Counted from the first letter of the stretch, positions 1 to 10,354 are shown. The stretch: DNA of 64,000 nt from Vicinamibacteria bacterium (GCA_964291235.2 OZ219816.1:1440001-1504000), one strand, 5' to 3'. Program-made: numbers and translations. The notes: generated by a model not told the origin, from the letters alone.

Positions 1-295
1 TCGTGGTTCCGTCGAGTGGATCCACGATGAAGCGGCACCCCGTCTTCGATCCTCCGACCATGCCGCGCTCTTCCGCAAGAATCGGCACCGACGGCTGCAA
101 GCGCTGCAGGCACTCGACGATCGCGGTTTCCGCGGCATGATCGACGGCGGTCACCAGGTCGATCGGTCCCTTCAGGTCCACCCCGAAACCGCGCTCCGCC
201 CGGGCCCGATGCGCTTCGCGGATCACCGCGGCGCCCGCGTGGGCCGCCTCGACGCAGGCCCGGCCGGGCGCCGTCTTCAGCGAAGCCGTCGTCAC
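1..295 (-). CDS. Inositol monophosphatase family protein, 5' part (runs off the window)
   Basis: Manual translation from GTG at 295 (GTGA overlap with the upstream stop): ...DLVTAVDHAAE...ILAEERG...FIVDPLDGTT, the canonical IMPase/SuhB motifs. Confidence 0.9.
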   Translation of the reverse strand, partial: MTTASLKTAPGRACVEAAHAGAAVIREAHRARAERGFGVDLKGPIDLVTAVDHAAETAIVECLQRLQPSVPILAEERGMVGGSKTGCRFIVDPLDGTT

Positions 296-747
296 CGCGA
301 CCTGGGCACCTGACGCTGGACGAGCACCACGCGCGTACCGCCGCGTTCGGTGCGGGTCCAGGTCACGCCGTCCATGAACTGTCGCATGAAGAAGATGCCG
401 CGCCCGCTGTCCTTGAGCAGGTTGTCTTCGAGGAGTGGATCCGGAACCTGGGCGGTGTCGAACCCCTCTCCCTCGTCCTCTATCGCAACCTCGACCGCGG
501 GCCCTCCATCGCTACCGTCGCGGGATTCGATCTCGATCCGCAGCCGCTTCCGGGGATCCATCCGGTTCCCGTGCCGCATACCGTTCGTAACCGCCTCCCG
601 GACCGCCGCCCCCATCCAATGCGTGGCGTCCGCCTCGTAACCACACTGGGCGCAGTGGCGTTCGAAGACACCCAGTACTACCTCGACCCATTCGATTCGC
701 GTCTCGACATCCAGCCGAACCGTTACGGGGTGGTCTTCGGGAGTCAC
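292..747 (-). CDS. RsbW/SpoIIAB-like anti-sigma factor Ser/Thr kinase (HATPase_c_2), probably with its own start
   Basis: EAVTNGMRHG (N box), IEDEGEGF (G1), SGRGIFFM (G2). In-frame GTG at 747 is preceded by GGAG. Confidence 0.8.
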   Translation of the reverse strand: MTPEDHPVTVRLDVETRIEWVEVVLGVFERHCAQCGYEADATHWMGAAVREAVTNGMRHGNRMDPRKRLRIEIESRDGSDGGPAVEVAIEDEGEGFDTAQVPDPLLEDNLLKDSGRGIFFMRQFMDGVTWTRTERGGTRVVLVQRQVPRSR

Positions 748-2349
748 GCGGACTCCATGGTTGGCTCGGGAGCCGGGTCGGCCAGGAGTTCGGGCGCGGC
801 CCCGGTCCCGGAGTTGGCACCCGCGTCCGCCGTAGCCTGGCGCCGGAGCGAGTTCGAACTGTGGCTCCGGGAGGGCCGGTGCGTCCTCGATCTCCACCGG
901 GCCGGCGACCACGGTCCGGATCTGAGGCAGGACAGCCGACCGGCGAAGCGCCGACGCCACCGACGGCGCGGCGCGGATCAGCAACCCGGACGCGAACTGG
1001 GCCGATTTTTTCTGGGCCCGGACCAGCACCTCCTGGCAAACCGCACCAAGCGACCGCACCCGGCCGGATCCCCGGCAGGCAGGGCAGGATGCCAGGAGGG
1101 CGGACTCCAGCGAGGCACGCTCCCGCTTCCGGGTGACGATCACCAGTCCGGCCCGCGATTCCGGCGGAGCTACCCGCGTGAAGGCGGGGTCCCGGCGTAA
1201 CTCGGCCTGCAGCGAGCGGAACACCCGATCCCGATTTCGTCCCTCCTTCATGTCGATGAAGTCGATCACGATGATCCCGCCGAGCCCGCGCAACCGCAGT
1301 TGCCGTGCGGTCTCCACCGCTGCCTCGAGGTTGGTGATGGTGTTCGTCTCGTCCCGCTCGCCGGTATCGCCGCTGAAACTACCGGTGTTCACGTCCACGG
1401 CGACCAGCGCTTCCGTCTGGTCGATGATGATGGAGCCGCCGGAGGGGAGACGCACCCGCCGCCGGGTTGCCTGCTCGAAGGCAACCTCGACGCCGTACTC
1501 CTCGAAGATCGGGTAGTTGCGGGAGTAGAGCCGGACCTTGTGTTCCATTCCCGGGAGGAACTGGCGAATGAAGTTCACCATCCGGCCGTACAGGGTTTCG
1601 CTGTCCACCCGAATCACGCTGAATCCGGACGACAACACGTCCCGGATGTAGCGGAACACCATGGACACATCGGCGCGCAGGCAGACTGGAGGCCCGGAAA
1701 GGCTCTCCTTGCGAATCTGCGCCCAATCGGCCTCCAGACGGGTTATGTCGGCCGCGAGGTTGTCTTCGTCGCGCTGCTCCGCCGTTGAGCGCGCCACCCA
1801 TTCCCCTTTCAGAGTGCTCCGGCGCTCGACCAGGGCCCCAATGCGGAGTTGTTCGCGGGGTCCCGCGGTGGCGCGCGAAGTGATCACCCCGGTGGGTGCA
1901 AAGGGTCGGAAATCGAAGAAACGCCCCTGCAGGTTGAGGTCGCAACTGACCTTGTAACCCTTGGGCCCCAGAGGCTCCCGGACCACCTGCACCAATACGG
2001 ACTGCCCGGCGCGCAGCACGTTCTCGAGTCGCGGTACCGAATCCCCGGATCCGCTTCCGGACGCCGCGGTGTCCTTGCCGGTATCCGCCACCCGGCCTTC
2101 GCCGCGCCAGGCCTCGAGCACCCCTTTGGGAATCTGGTCGATCTGCAGGAAGGCGTTCCGGTGGAGCCCGATGTCCAGGAAGGCCGCCTGGGTACTCGGC
2201 ACCACCCGCTGCACCCGCCCCCGGTAGATTCCGTGCAACACGCTCTGGTCGGAGCGGTGTTCGACGCCGAGTTCCACCACCACCCCCTCCTCGAGGAGGG
2301 CCATCCGGGTCTCTCCCGGAAGGCTGGTGACGATCAGTTCTCGATACAC
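292..2349 (-). CDS. rng: Ribonuclease G/E family protein (Rne/Rng), reading in frame into a C-terminal RsbW-like domain
   Basis: S1 domain (IYRGRVQRVVP..AAFLDIG), catalytic DVNTG and VIDFIDM, Zn-link CPACRGSG, and position downstream of mreBCD-mrdA-rodA. Confidence 0.9.
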   Translation of the reverse strand: MYRELIVTSLPGETRMALLEEGVVVELGVEHRSDQSVLHGIYRGRVQRVVPSTQAAFLDIGLHRNAFLQIDQIPKGVLEAWRGEGRVADTGKDTAASGSGSGDSVPRLENVLRAGQSVLVQVVREPLGPKGYKVSCDLNLQGRFFDFRPFAPTGVITSRATAGPREQLRIGALVERRSTLKGEWVARSTAEQRDEDNLAADITRLEADWAQIRKESLSGPPVCLRADVSMVFRYIRDVLSSGFSVIRVDSETLYGRMVNFIRQFLPGMEHKVRLYSRNYPIFEEYGVEVAFEQATRRRVRLPSGGSIIIDQTEALVAVDVNTGSFSGDTGERDETNTITNLEAAVETARQLRLRGLGGIIVIDFIDMKEGRNRDRVFRSLQAELRRDPAFTRVAPPESRAGLVIVTRKRERASLESALLASCPACRGSGRVRSLGAVCQEVLVRAQKKSAQFASGLLIRAAPSVASALRRSAVLPQIRTVVAGPVEIEDAPALPEPQFELAPAPGYGGRGCQLRDRGRARTPGRPGSRANHGVRVTPEDHPVTVRLDVETRIEWVEVVLGVFERHCAQCGYEADATHWMGAAVREAVTNGMRHGNRMDPRKRLRIEIESRDGSDGGPAVEVAIEDEGEGFDTAQVPDPLLEDNLLKDSGRGIFFMRQFMDGVTWTRTERGGTRVVLVQRQVPRSR

Positions 2350-2425
2350 AAATACAGGATGGGACGGCGTGAGGTTCGCCGAAACCGTAGCACGGCAACG
2401 CCCGGACCGGCCGGTCGCCGGGCCG

Positions 2426-3529
2426 TCAGGTGAGGAAGTTTCGGCGGCGCACCGAAGCGGCCAATCCGATGGCCGCCGCCGCTATCAGCAGCGAATTGCC
2501 CCCGTAGCTCATAAAGGGCAACGGGAACCCCTTGATGGGCACAATCCCCGCCACCATGGCGATGTTGTAAAGCGCCTGGAGGTGGAGCATGAGGAAAAAC
2601 CCGCCCACCAGCAGGGCTCCCGCCGGATCCTTGTTCTCGACCGCTTCCACGGCAATCTGAAGAAGCCGAATGCCGAGGATCAGATAGAGGCCGAGGACGA
2701 CGACGACCCCCAGAAACCCGAATTCCTCAGCAAGCACGGCGAACACGAAGTCGGTGTGCGGAGCGGGAAGGAACTGGAGACCCGTTTGCGAGCCCTGGAG
2801 CCAACCGGCGCCGAAGAGGCCTCCGGACCCGACCGCGATGGAGGCTTGCAGCGTCTGATACCCGGCGCCCAACGGATCGCTCTCCGGATTCAGGAAAGAC
2901 AGGACCCGGAGCCGCTGGTAGTCGCGCAGGCCGAACACCCAGATCAGCGGCAGCGCCATCGCGGCGAATCCGCTCCCGGCCAGGAGCCAGCGTCGGGACA
3001 TGGACACGCCGCTGAAGAAACCCATCCCCACGCCGATTCCGACCAGAATCGCCGCGCTTCCCAGATCCGGTTGAGCCGCCACCGCCAGGACGAGAGCAGC
3101 GGCTGCCGCGACCCAGCCGACCGTCGCACGGCGGCTGAGCGGCTCATGTCCGGAGCGCGCCACCAGATGCGCCAGCAAGAGCACGAGGGAGATCTTCGCG
3201 AGTTCGCCGGGCTGGACGGTCAGCGCCCCCACCTCCAGCCAGCGACGGGTTCCCGCGCGGAGCGCCCCCGAAGTGGTGGCGATCGCACTCAGCGCGAGCG
3301 CCAGGAGAAAAAGCGCCGGGGAGAGCCGGGCGATCCGGCGATGATCCATGTGGTAAGCGGCGACTCCGACGATCAGGGCCAGGCCCAGTCGGATGAGATG
3401 CGCACTGAGGGTCGCCCCCGAACCGACGCCTCGGAGGGCGCTTTCCAGCACCAGGACCGCTATCAGCGCGAGAAGCCCGACACAGACGAGGAGCACGCGA
3501 TCCGCGCCTCCGCGCGCCCTCAGCTCCAT
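2426..3529 (-). CDS. rodA: Rod shape-determining protein RodA (SEDS family)
   Basis: RRWLEVG..TVQPGELAK, QPDLGSA, GYQTLQASIAVGSGG, FLPAPHTDFVF, GFPLPFMSYGGNS; follows PBP2. Confidence 0.93.
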   Translation of the reverse strand: MELRARGGADRVLLVCVGLLALIAVLVLESALRGVGSGATLSAHLIRLGLALIVGVAAYHMDHRRIARLSPALFLLALALSAIATTSGALRAGTRRWLEVGALTVQPGELAKISLVLLLAHLVARSGHEPLSRRATVGWVAAAAALVLAVAAQPDLGSAAILVGIGVGMGFFSGVSMSRRWLLAGSGFAAMALPLIWVFGLRDYQRLRVLSFLNPESDPLGAGYQTLQASIAVGSGGLFGAGWLQGSQTGLQFLPAPHTDFVFAVLAEEFGFLGVVVVLGLYLILGIRLLQIAVEAVENKDPAGALLVGGFFLMLHLQALYNIAMVAGIVPIKGFPLPFMSYGGNSLLIAAAAIGLAASVRRRNFLT

Positions 3530-3608
3530 GACGCCCTTCCCTTGCCCGCCGGGCCCCGACCCCCGCGCCGGCGCCGCGGAACCACATGCCGAAGTTCGCG
3601 TCGAAGAC

Positions 3609-5384
3609 TCACCGGTCCCCTCCGGCGCCGCCGGCCACCCGCGTATCCGGGGTGTCCTCGAAGAAAGTCCGCAGAATCTCTCCCCCGATCGGAGCCGCCG
3701 CAGCCCCTCCAGCGCCGCCGTGCTCGACGATCACCGCCACCGCGATCTCCGGCTCGTCGAACGGTGCGAAGCCCACGAACCAGGCGTGGGTCCGCAACTC
3801 GTAGGGACGATCCTCGTTGTTGGCGGCCACCAAATCGGCGCTCGCCACCTGCGCGGTCCCGGTCTTGCCGGCAACCGCAGCGGTGGGAATCCTGGCTCGC
3901 CAGGCGGTTCCCGACAGCACCGCGTCCCGCATGCCGTCGCGGATTACCTCGAAGTGCTCGGGCCGGACACCCCCCACCTCTCCGGGGGAAGCGTCCCCGA
4001 CGAATCGCGGGGTCGGAATCCTCCCGGACGAAGCGACCGCCGCGACCAGCCGCGCCATCTGCATCGGCGTCACCGAAACCGCTCCCTGGCCGACCGAAAC
4101 GGATGCCGTCTCGCTGGCGTACCAGCGCTCCCCGGTGACCCGCCGTTTCCATTCACGGGTCGGAACGAGGCCGCTGGCCTCATTCCTGAGGTCCACTCCA
4201 GTGGCCTCCCCGAGCCCGAAGGCCCGGGCATAGGACGCGATCACGTCCACATCGAGCGCTTCTGACAGCCGATAGAAGAACACGTTGCACGATTTGGAAA
4301 TCGCCTCGCGAAGCGTCAACGCGCCGTGACCTTGCGCTCGGTGGCACCGGAAGGTTCGGCCGGCCACCCGGGCTCTGCCGTTGCAGGTGAGTCGGGTCTC
4401 CGGCCCCACCACCCCTTCGCCAAGTCCCGCCGCGGCGGTGACCAATTTGAAGGACGACCCAGGGGGATATCGGCCCTGCACCGCCCGGTTCAGGAGCGGT
4501 GTCGCGGGGCTGGCGAGCATTTCGCGGAATTTCACCGCGTCGCCACGAAACTCCTCGGGATTCTCCGCCGGATAGCTACCCAAACCCAGCACCGCGCCGG
4601 TCCGCACGTCGAGCGCCACAAACGCGCCGCGCTGATCCGCGAAAGCCCGGTGGGCCGTTTCCTGCAGGGCCCCAATGACATTGAGTTGCAGCGTTTCGCC
4701 GCGTACCGGCTCCGTCCTGCGAAGCCCGCCGGAAACCAGAACGCGCTGGCGACTGTCAACCACCCGGTCCAGATATCCGTCAGAACCCAGCAGGATGTGG
4801 TTGTAGAAGCGTTCGATGCCGTCCTGGCCCACCAGATCACCCGAAGCCGACGTCACGAACTCCTCCAGCAGGAGCTGGGCCGCGGTGACCTCTCCCACGT
4901 ACCCGAGCAGGTGGGCGGTTGCCTGACCGAGGGGGTAATCGCGCGCCGGTACGAACTCCACCCGAACGCCCGGCAATTCGCGCCGCCGGGCTTCGAAGAA
5001 CGCCGCTTCCGAGAACGGGATGCCGGAGCGCACGACCGCCGGACCACGGGCGGCTCGCGCCTCGAGATCGGCACGGTTTTCGTCGTCGATCGCCAGGAGG
5101 CCGATGTCTTCGAGCTGACGGAGTCCCGATTCGTCGGCCAGCAGGGTGAACGAAGGCTCGCTTCTGGCGAGCACTTCTCCTCGTTGATCCACGACCAACC
5201 CGCGAGGAGCACGGCGACGCTCGGTCTGGAGGTAGTTGTCCCGCGCCAGGCCGCTGAACTCATCACCGCGAACGATCTGAAGTTGCCAGAAGCGGACCGT
5301 CAACAAGATGACAATTGCCCACAGCGGATAACGAGCGATGGACAGCCGCCGGCGGATGCGGGAGAGATGCTCGGTGTAAATCAC
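3609..5384 (-). CDS. mrdA: Penicillin-binding protein 2
   Basis: N-terminal TM helix, transpeptidase motifs SxxK (PGSSFK), SxN (SCN) and KTG; mre operon context. Confidence 0.93.
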   Translation of the reverse strand: MIYTEHLSRIRRRLSIARYPLWAIVILLTVRFWQLQIVRGDEFSGLARDNYLQTERRRAPRGLVVDQRGEVLARSEPSFTLLADESGLRQLEDIGLLAIDDENRADLEARAARGPAVVRSGIPFSEAAFFEARRRELPGVRVEFVPARDYPLGQATAHLLGYVGEVTAAQLLLEEFVTSASGDLVGQDGIERFYNHILLGSDGYLDRVVDSRQRVLVSGGLRRTEPVRGETLQLNVIGALQETAHRAFADQRGAFVALDVRTGAVLGLGSYPAENPEEFRGDAVKFREMLASPATPLLNRAVQGRYPPGSSFKLVTAAAGLGEGVVGPETRLTCNGRARVAGRTFRCHRAQGHGALTLREAISKSCNVFFYRLSEALDVDVIASYARAFGLGEATGVDLRNEASGLVPTREWKRRVTGERWYASETASVSVGQGAVSVTPMQMARLVAAVASSGRIPTPRFVGDASPGEVGGVRPEHFEVIRDGMRDAVLSGTAWRARIPTAAVAGKTGTAQVASADLVAANNEDRPYELRTHAWFVGFAPFDEPEIAVAVIVEHGGAGGAAAAPIGGEILRTFFEDTPDTRVAGGAGGDR

Positions 5385-5418
5385 GGGGAAACTCGCCCGC
5401 GCTCCGGTGGGAACTTCG

Positions 5419-5904
5419 TCATGGCGCCTCGTAACCCGTGGCCTTCGGGCGCAGGAAACGGACCACGAGAAGGCCGTAGGTCACGGTGATGGGAATTCCG
5501 AACGCTGGCGCCCCCAGTTCCCGGAAAGGAATCGTGGTGAATCCCGCGACTTCGCCCAACGCCCAGAGAATCAGCAAATCGGCGACGGCGGCAAACAGCA
5601 GCAGGACCGGCACACCCAGGGTCGTGTCCAGCGGAGGACGCTGGTGGGCGCGGGCTGCTGCAAAGACAACGAGCGTCTTGGAAAAACCGTTCATTCCCAG
5701 GAGGCCGCCCGAAAAGGAGTCCTGCAGGAGCCCCGTAACCAACCCTACTCCGATCGCCGGCCCGGGGCCGGCGAGGAGCGCCACCGCGGCGGCGGTCGCG
5801 AGCAGCAGGTCCGGCGTCACCCCGTCGAACCCGAGTTGCGGCAGGACCGCCGTCTGAAGCAGAAAAGCCGCGATCAGGGCGCCCGAGGCTCGCAGATAGC
5901 TCAT
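5419..5904 (-). CDS. mreD: Rod shape-determining protein MreD
   Basis: Hydrophobic 161 aa with PDLLL and GLLQD..SGGLLG, located between mreC and mrdA. Confidence 0.85.
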   Translation of the reverse strand: MSYLRASGALIAAFLLQTAVLPQLGFDGVTPDLLLATAAAVALLAGPGPAIGVGLVTGLLQDSFSGGLLGMNGFSKTLVVFAAARAHQRPPLDTTLGVPVLLLFAAVADLLILWALGEVAGFTTIPFRELGAPAFGIPITVTYGLLVVRFLRPKATGYEAP

Positions 5905-5913
5905 CGCCCGTGA

Positions 5914-6750
5914 TCAGCGTTCCATCACCCAGCTGATTTCGCTTCGCGGCTCGAGGATGAACAACCGCTCAAGAGCGTCGAAATTCACGGCCGGTTCGAC
6001 GGCGATCTCGAGGAGCAATCCGGCTCCCTGGTCAACCCGGGACACCCGTCCCACCAGCAGGCCTTTCGGAAACATGCCGTCGAGTCCGCTGGAAATCACG
6101 TCTTCTCCGACCCCGACCGGCTGGCCTACCGGGACAAAATGCAGGCGGTACCCGTCTGTTGCATCGTCGCCGTCGGCGGCACGAACCACCCCACGGGTGC
6201 GGCTCGATGAGGTGATCGCCGCGACGGCCGCCGTGGAGGCCGAAAGCAACTCCACCTGACTGATCGCGGGCCCGACAGTCACCACGCGCCCGATCAGTCC
6301 GGTTGCCGCCATCACCGGGGAATCCCTCTCAACGCCGTGCCGGCTTCCCCGGTTCACCGTAACCGTCCGATCCAGCGGTGAGGCGCTCACCCCAACCACC
6401 TCCGCCGAAACCGGTTCCCCGAGTCCCATCGCCTCGGCATCCAGACTCGTGAATCCGCGGGCGCGTTCCAGCATCCCGCGCTGCACCGTCAGTTCCCATT
6501 CCAGCCGCGCCACCCGATCCTGGAGCAAATCGCGGGCGAGCCGCATCTCCTGCGCCTCGCGGACCGTGGCAGCCCACGACGAAACCGCCCTCGCCGAATC
6601 GACGACGAGGCTCTGGCCACCCCCGAAAACCGCAGCCAGCCCCTCGCGAATCGGCACGCCGATGCCGCTGCGCACCTGGAAGGTAAGCCCCAGGAAGTTC
6701 GCGGCCAACACGATCCCCAGAATGACTCCGTGGCCGCGTTTTCCGGGCAT
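5914..6750 (-). CDS. mreC: Rod shape-determining protein MreC
   Basis: TM plus coiled coil, VNRGSRHGV, GLIGRV, SSGLDGMFPKGLLVGRV. Confidence 0.9.
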   Translation of the reverse strand: MPGKRGHGVILGIVLAANFLGLTFQVRSGIGVPIREGLAAVFGGGQSLVVDSARAVSSWAATVREAQEMRLARDLLQDRVARLEWELTVQRGMLERARGFTSLDAEAMGLGEPVSAEVVGVSASPLDRTVTVNRGSRHGVERDSPVMAATGLIGRVVTVGPAISQVELLSASTAAVAAITSSSRTRGVVRAADGDDATDGYRLHFVPVGQPVGVGEDVISSGLDGMFPKGLLVGRVSRVDQGAGLLLEIAVEPAVNFDALERLFILEPRSEISWVMER

Positions 6751-6800
6751 CGCCTAGGTCTCCTCCTGCTAGGGCTGCTTTCCTGCCTGCATAGGGCCCC

Positions 6801-7829
6801 TTACCCCCCGTGCCTTGAAACCTGCTGGAGCAGATCCATGCGCTCCAGCATCACGCCGGCGCCGTTCACCACGCAGTCGAGAGGGTGCTCGGCAACCTTG
6901 ACCGCCAGGTTCGTTTCGTCGGCCAGGAGTTCCGGGAGTCCTTCAAGCAGCGCTCCCCCGCCGGTCAGGAGGATGCCATTCTCCACCAGGTCCGCCGAGA
7001 GCTCCGGTTCGACTTTTTCGAGCACATTCGCTACCGCAGCGAGCAACTGGTGGAGCGGTCCGCTCAAACCCTCGCGGATGTCCTGGTCGGTCACGGTCAG
7101 CGTGGCCGGCGAGAGCCGCGACAGGTCCCGTCCGCGGATTTCCATGCTCCGCGCCTGCATCCCCGGCCGGGCGCTGCCGAGCGCCATCTTGATCCGTTCC
7201 CCCGTGCGCTCACCAACCAGGAGCCCGTGGGCCCGGCGCAGGTGCTCGATGATCCCCTGGGTGAACATGTCGCCGGCCGCGCGGACCGAGGTGCCGGCCG
7301 CGATGCCGGACAGCGAAATGACCGCGATATCCGTCGTCCCTCCGCCGATGTCCACCACGCAGCATCCGATGGGAGTCGTCACGTCGAGTCCGGCGCCGAT
7401 AGCGGCCGCGATCGGCTGCTGCACCAGGAAGACCTCGCTGGCCCTTGCACGGAGCACGCTGTCGCGCACCGCGCGGCGCTCCACCGGGGTGATCCGCAGG
7501 GGAACGCCCACGACCATGCGAGGCGCCGCCCAACGCCGCCGGCCCAGTGCCTTCTGGACGAAGTGGCTGATCATCCGCTCGGCGGCTTCGAAATCGGCGA
7601 TCACTCCGTCCTGCATGGGCCGGATGGCCTTGATGTGGTCCGGAGTCTTCCCGACCATGTCGTACGCCTCGGCCCCGACCGCCTCTACCCGCTTGGTGAC
7701 CGTGTTCATGGCCACCACCGAGGGCTCGCGCAGAATGATCCCGGAATCCTGGGTGTAGATAAGGGTGTTGGCGGTCCCGAGGTCCACCGCGAGATCAACG
7801 GAAAAGAGACTGAGTAAGTATTTGAGCAT
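6801..7829 (-). CDS. mreB: Actin-like rod shape-determining protein MreB
   Basis: DLGTANT, EPSVVA, RPMQDGVIADF, DIGGGTT, LTGGGALL. Confidence 0.96.
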   Translation of the reverse strand: MLKYLLSLFSVDLAVDLGTANTLIYTQDSGIILREPSVVAMNTVTKRVEAVGAEAYDMVGKTPDHIKAIRPMQDGVIADFEAAERMISHFVQKALGRRRWAAPRMVVGVPLRITPVERRAVRDSVLRARASEVFLVQQPIAAAIGAGLDVTTPIGCCVVDIGGGTTDIAVISLSGIAAGTSVRAAGDMFTQGIIEHLRRAHGLLVGERTGERIKMALGSARPGMQARSMEIRGRDLSRLSPATLTVTDQDIREGLSGPLHQLLAAVANVLEKVEPELSADLVENGILLTGGGALLEGLPELLADETNLAVKVAEHPLDCVVNGAGVMLERMDLLQQVSRHGG

Positions 7830-8011
7830 CAGGCGGAGCTGGAAAACGGGGCGGGTTACTGGAAACCGGGCGTCCCAAGAAGGGGATGCGGCGCACGCGC
7901 CGCCATCCTAGAGATTACCAGCCAAGCGGTCACCGCGACAGTCTCAATTCAGGCATCGCCACCCGAGAGTTTGCCGACGGCCATCCGACAGCGGTACCAT
8001 GGCCGGTTGCC

Positions 8012-9913
8012 ATGATCCTCGAGTACTTTCGCAATCGCCGGTCGGTCGGTTGGTTCGTCGGCGCCGGCCTGCTCGCGCTGGTCATTCTGGCGTTCGTCGC
8101 CCTCTATTTCCCCGATTTCATGGGGGATCCCGCGACCGCGGCGATGCGCCGGGGCGTGGCCTGGGTGGACGGCGATGCCATCCCCGCGTCCAACTTCCTG
8201 GACCGCTACCGGAACGTCGCCCGTGTGTACCAGGAGCAGAGCGGCGGGGACTTTTCTCCCGCACTGGCGCGGCAGCTTGGCATTCCGGAGCAGGTGGTGG
8301 GCGAACTGGTGCGCAGCCGGGTTCTCGTCCTGGAAGCCGAACGTCTCGGGCTGCAGGTCACGAACGCCGAGGTCGGAACAAGCATCGCCACATCTCCCAC
8401 ATTCCAGGAGAACGGGGTGTTCATTGGCCGCGACGCCTACCTCGGCATGTTACGCGCCGCCCGGCTGAACCCGAGAGATTTCGAGGATTCCATCCGCTCC
8501 GATCTGTTGACGCAGAAACTGCAACTCCTGATCACGGAATCGCCGCACGTGTCCGATCTCGAACTTCGTGAGGAATATCGGCGCCGCAACGAAAACGCCT
8601 CGCTCGACATCTGGTTCGTGACCACCGACAGCCGGCGCGGGGAAGTACAGGTCTCCGAAGCGGAGGCGAGGGAGCGCTATGACGCCGCTCCGGAGGCGTT
8701 CGAAGTTCCCGAACAGCGGCGTATCCGTTACTTGACGCTTTCCGAACAGACCCTCGCCGAGGAAATCACGGTTCGGCAGCGCGAGATCCAGCGCTACTAC
8801 AACCGCAACCTCTTCCAGTATCAGTCCGGCGAGCAGGCGGAGGCCAGCCACATCCTGCTGCAGGCCGAATCCGAGAACGACGAAGAGGCCACCCGCACGC
8901 TGGCCGCGCGTCTCGCCGAGCGCGCCCGGGAGGGCGAGGACTTCGCGGAACTCGCGCGTACCTACTCCGCCGACGAGGCGACCCGGGAGGCGGGCGGGGC
9001 TCTTGGTGTCTTCGGGCCGGAAGAGATGGTGCCGGAGTTTTCCGAGGCGGTCTTCAGCATGATGCCCGGTGAGATCAGCGATCCGGTCCGCACCGACTAC
9101 GGGTATCACGTCGTCCGGCTCGATAGCCGCCAGGTGGCCGAGACCCGGGAGTTGAGCGAGGTGGAAGGAGAAATCGAAAGCCGGCTCCGGCAGGAGAAAG
9201 CCGCTTCCCTCCTGACCGAGCGGGTCCTCGAACTCGAGGAGCGCGCCGACGGCGCCGATTCACTCGATCAACTCGCGAGCGACTATCCGCTGCTGATTCC
9301 TCAGGAGTCGGATTTTCTTTCCCCGGGTGCCTCCGTGGCCGGTTCCGGCTCGGAGGGACTGTCAACGCTCGCTTTCGACCTCGACATCGGCGGCGTGGGC
9401 GGCCCGGTCCGGCTGCCGACGGGGTACGCCTTCATCGAGGTGATCGAGGAGCGGCCGCCGCACGTCCCCGAATTCGACGAGATCCGGGAGCAGGTGATTG
9501 CCGAACTCGAGGAAGAACAGGCCCAATCACTTGCCGAGGCAGCCGGCCGGGAACTTCGGGACCGCATCGCGGACGGCCAGACCGCAGACACCGATCCCAC
9601 CCCGCTCGAGCGCTGGTTCCGCGGCAGTCCGCTGGGCGTTGCCGGGATGATCCCGGGGGCGGAGGAAACGGTCTTCGGAGCCGAGGTCGGAGCCGTCGTC
9701 GGTCCTCTGGAGACGAGCCGGGGGTATGCCGTGGTCCGCATCAACGCCCGGGAAGGGTTCTCGGAGGCCGCCTTCGAAGAGCAGCAGGAACCCTTCCGGG
9801 CGCAAATGGCCGAAGAGAAGAAGCAACGCATCTGGGCCGCTTTCGTGAGCGCGGCCGGCGAGCGCTACGAAATCCGTATCGACCGCCAGGCTCTCAACGA
9901 CCTGATCGGGTGA
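8012..9913 (+). CDS. PpiD/SurA-like membrane-anchored chaperone with parvulin PPIase domain
   Basis: N-terminal TM, SurA_N-like helical region, parvulin motifs ASHILL, FAELARTYS.D, GG.LG.F, MVPEFSEAVF, SDPVRTDYGYHV. Start placed at ATG 8012. Confidence 0.88.
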   Translation: MILEYFRNRRSVGWFVGAGLLALVILAFVALYFPDFMGDPATAAMRRGVAWVDGDAIPASNFLDRYRNVARVYQEQSGGDFSPALARQLGIPEQVVGELVRSRVLVLEAERLGLQVTNAEVGTSIATSPTFQENGVFIGRDAYLGMLRAARLNPRDFEDSIRSDLLTQKLQLLITESPHVSDLELREEYRRRNENASLDIWFVTTDSRRGEVQVSEAEARERYDAAPEAFEVPEQRRIRYLTLSEQTLAEEITVRQREIQRYYNRNLFQYQSGEQAEASHILLQAESENDEEATRTLAARLAERAREGEDFAELARTYSADEATREAGGALGVFGPEEMVPEFSEAVFSMMPGEISDPVRTDYGYHVVRLDSRQVAETRELSEVEGEIESRLRQEKAASLLTERVLELEERADGADSLDQLASDYPLLIPQESDFLSPGASVAGSGSEGLSTLAFDLDIGGVGGPVRLPTGYAFIEVIEERPPHVPEFDEIREQVIAELEEEQAQSLAEAAGRELRDRIADGQTADTDPTPLERWFRGSPLGVAGMIPGAEETVFGAEVGAVVGPLETSRGYAVVRINAREGFSEAAFEEQQEPFRAQMAEEKKQRIWAAFVSAAGERYEIRIDRQALNDLIG

Positions 9914-10006
9914 GCGTCGCAACACCCCAGGCGCCGACAGGTCCCTCCGCAAGACGTCACCAGCCGGTGGTGAAAACCGCTACCTCTTCTCCCCTTCGAG
10001 GCGCTT

Positions 10007-10354
10007 ATGCAACTTGATCTCAAGGAACGATCCGGCGTATCACTGCTCCAGTTGAACGGCCGGCTGGTCGATGGCCACGGCGACCGCGAACTGCGAGAAG
10101 CGGTGGATGTCCTCGTCGATTCCGGACGCACCCGCATCGTGGTGGATCTCAGCGGGGTCAGCGCCATCGACAGCGCCGGCCTCGGAGAACTCGTGGCCTC
10201 CGCCCGGCGGGTGGCTCGCGCGGGCGGCGCCCTGAAGGCGCTCCATCCGCGCGAGCGGGTCGCCCACGTGATGAACGTCGCGCGGGTCCTGCCTCTGTTC
10301 GAAGTGTTCGAGACCGAAGACCAGGCCGTGTCCAGCTTCGGGACGGACGGCTGA
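10007..10354 (+). CDS. STAS-domain anti-sigma factor antagonist (RsbV/SpoIIAA-like)
   Basis: 115 aa with VDLSGVSAIDSAGLGEL, including the phosphorylatable Ser motif DS(S/A)GLG. Confidence 0.9.
   Translation: MQLDLKERSGVSLLQLNGRLVDGHGDRELREAVDVLVDSGRTRIVVDLSGVSAIDSAGLGELVASARRVARAGGALKALHPRERVAHVMNVARVLPLFEVFETEDQAVSSFGTDG

Noticed and set aside
2327-4138. Long antisense or shadow ORFs (also 25165-27222, 31296-33983, 41222-43699, 53716-56121)
   Set aside because: They are Arg/Pro/Gly-rich with no motifs and lie over real genes in another frame or strand.
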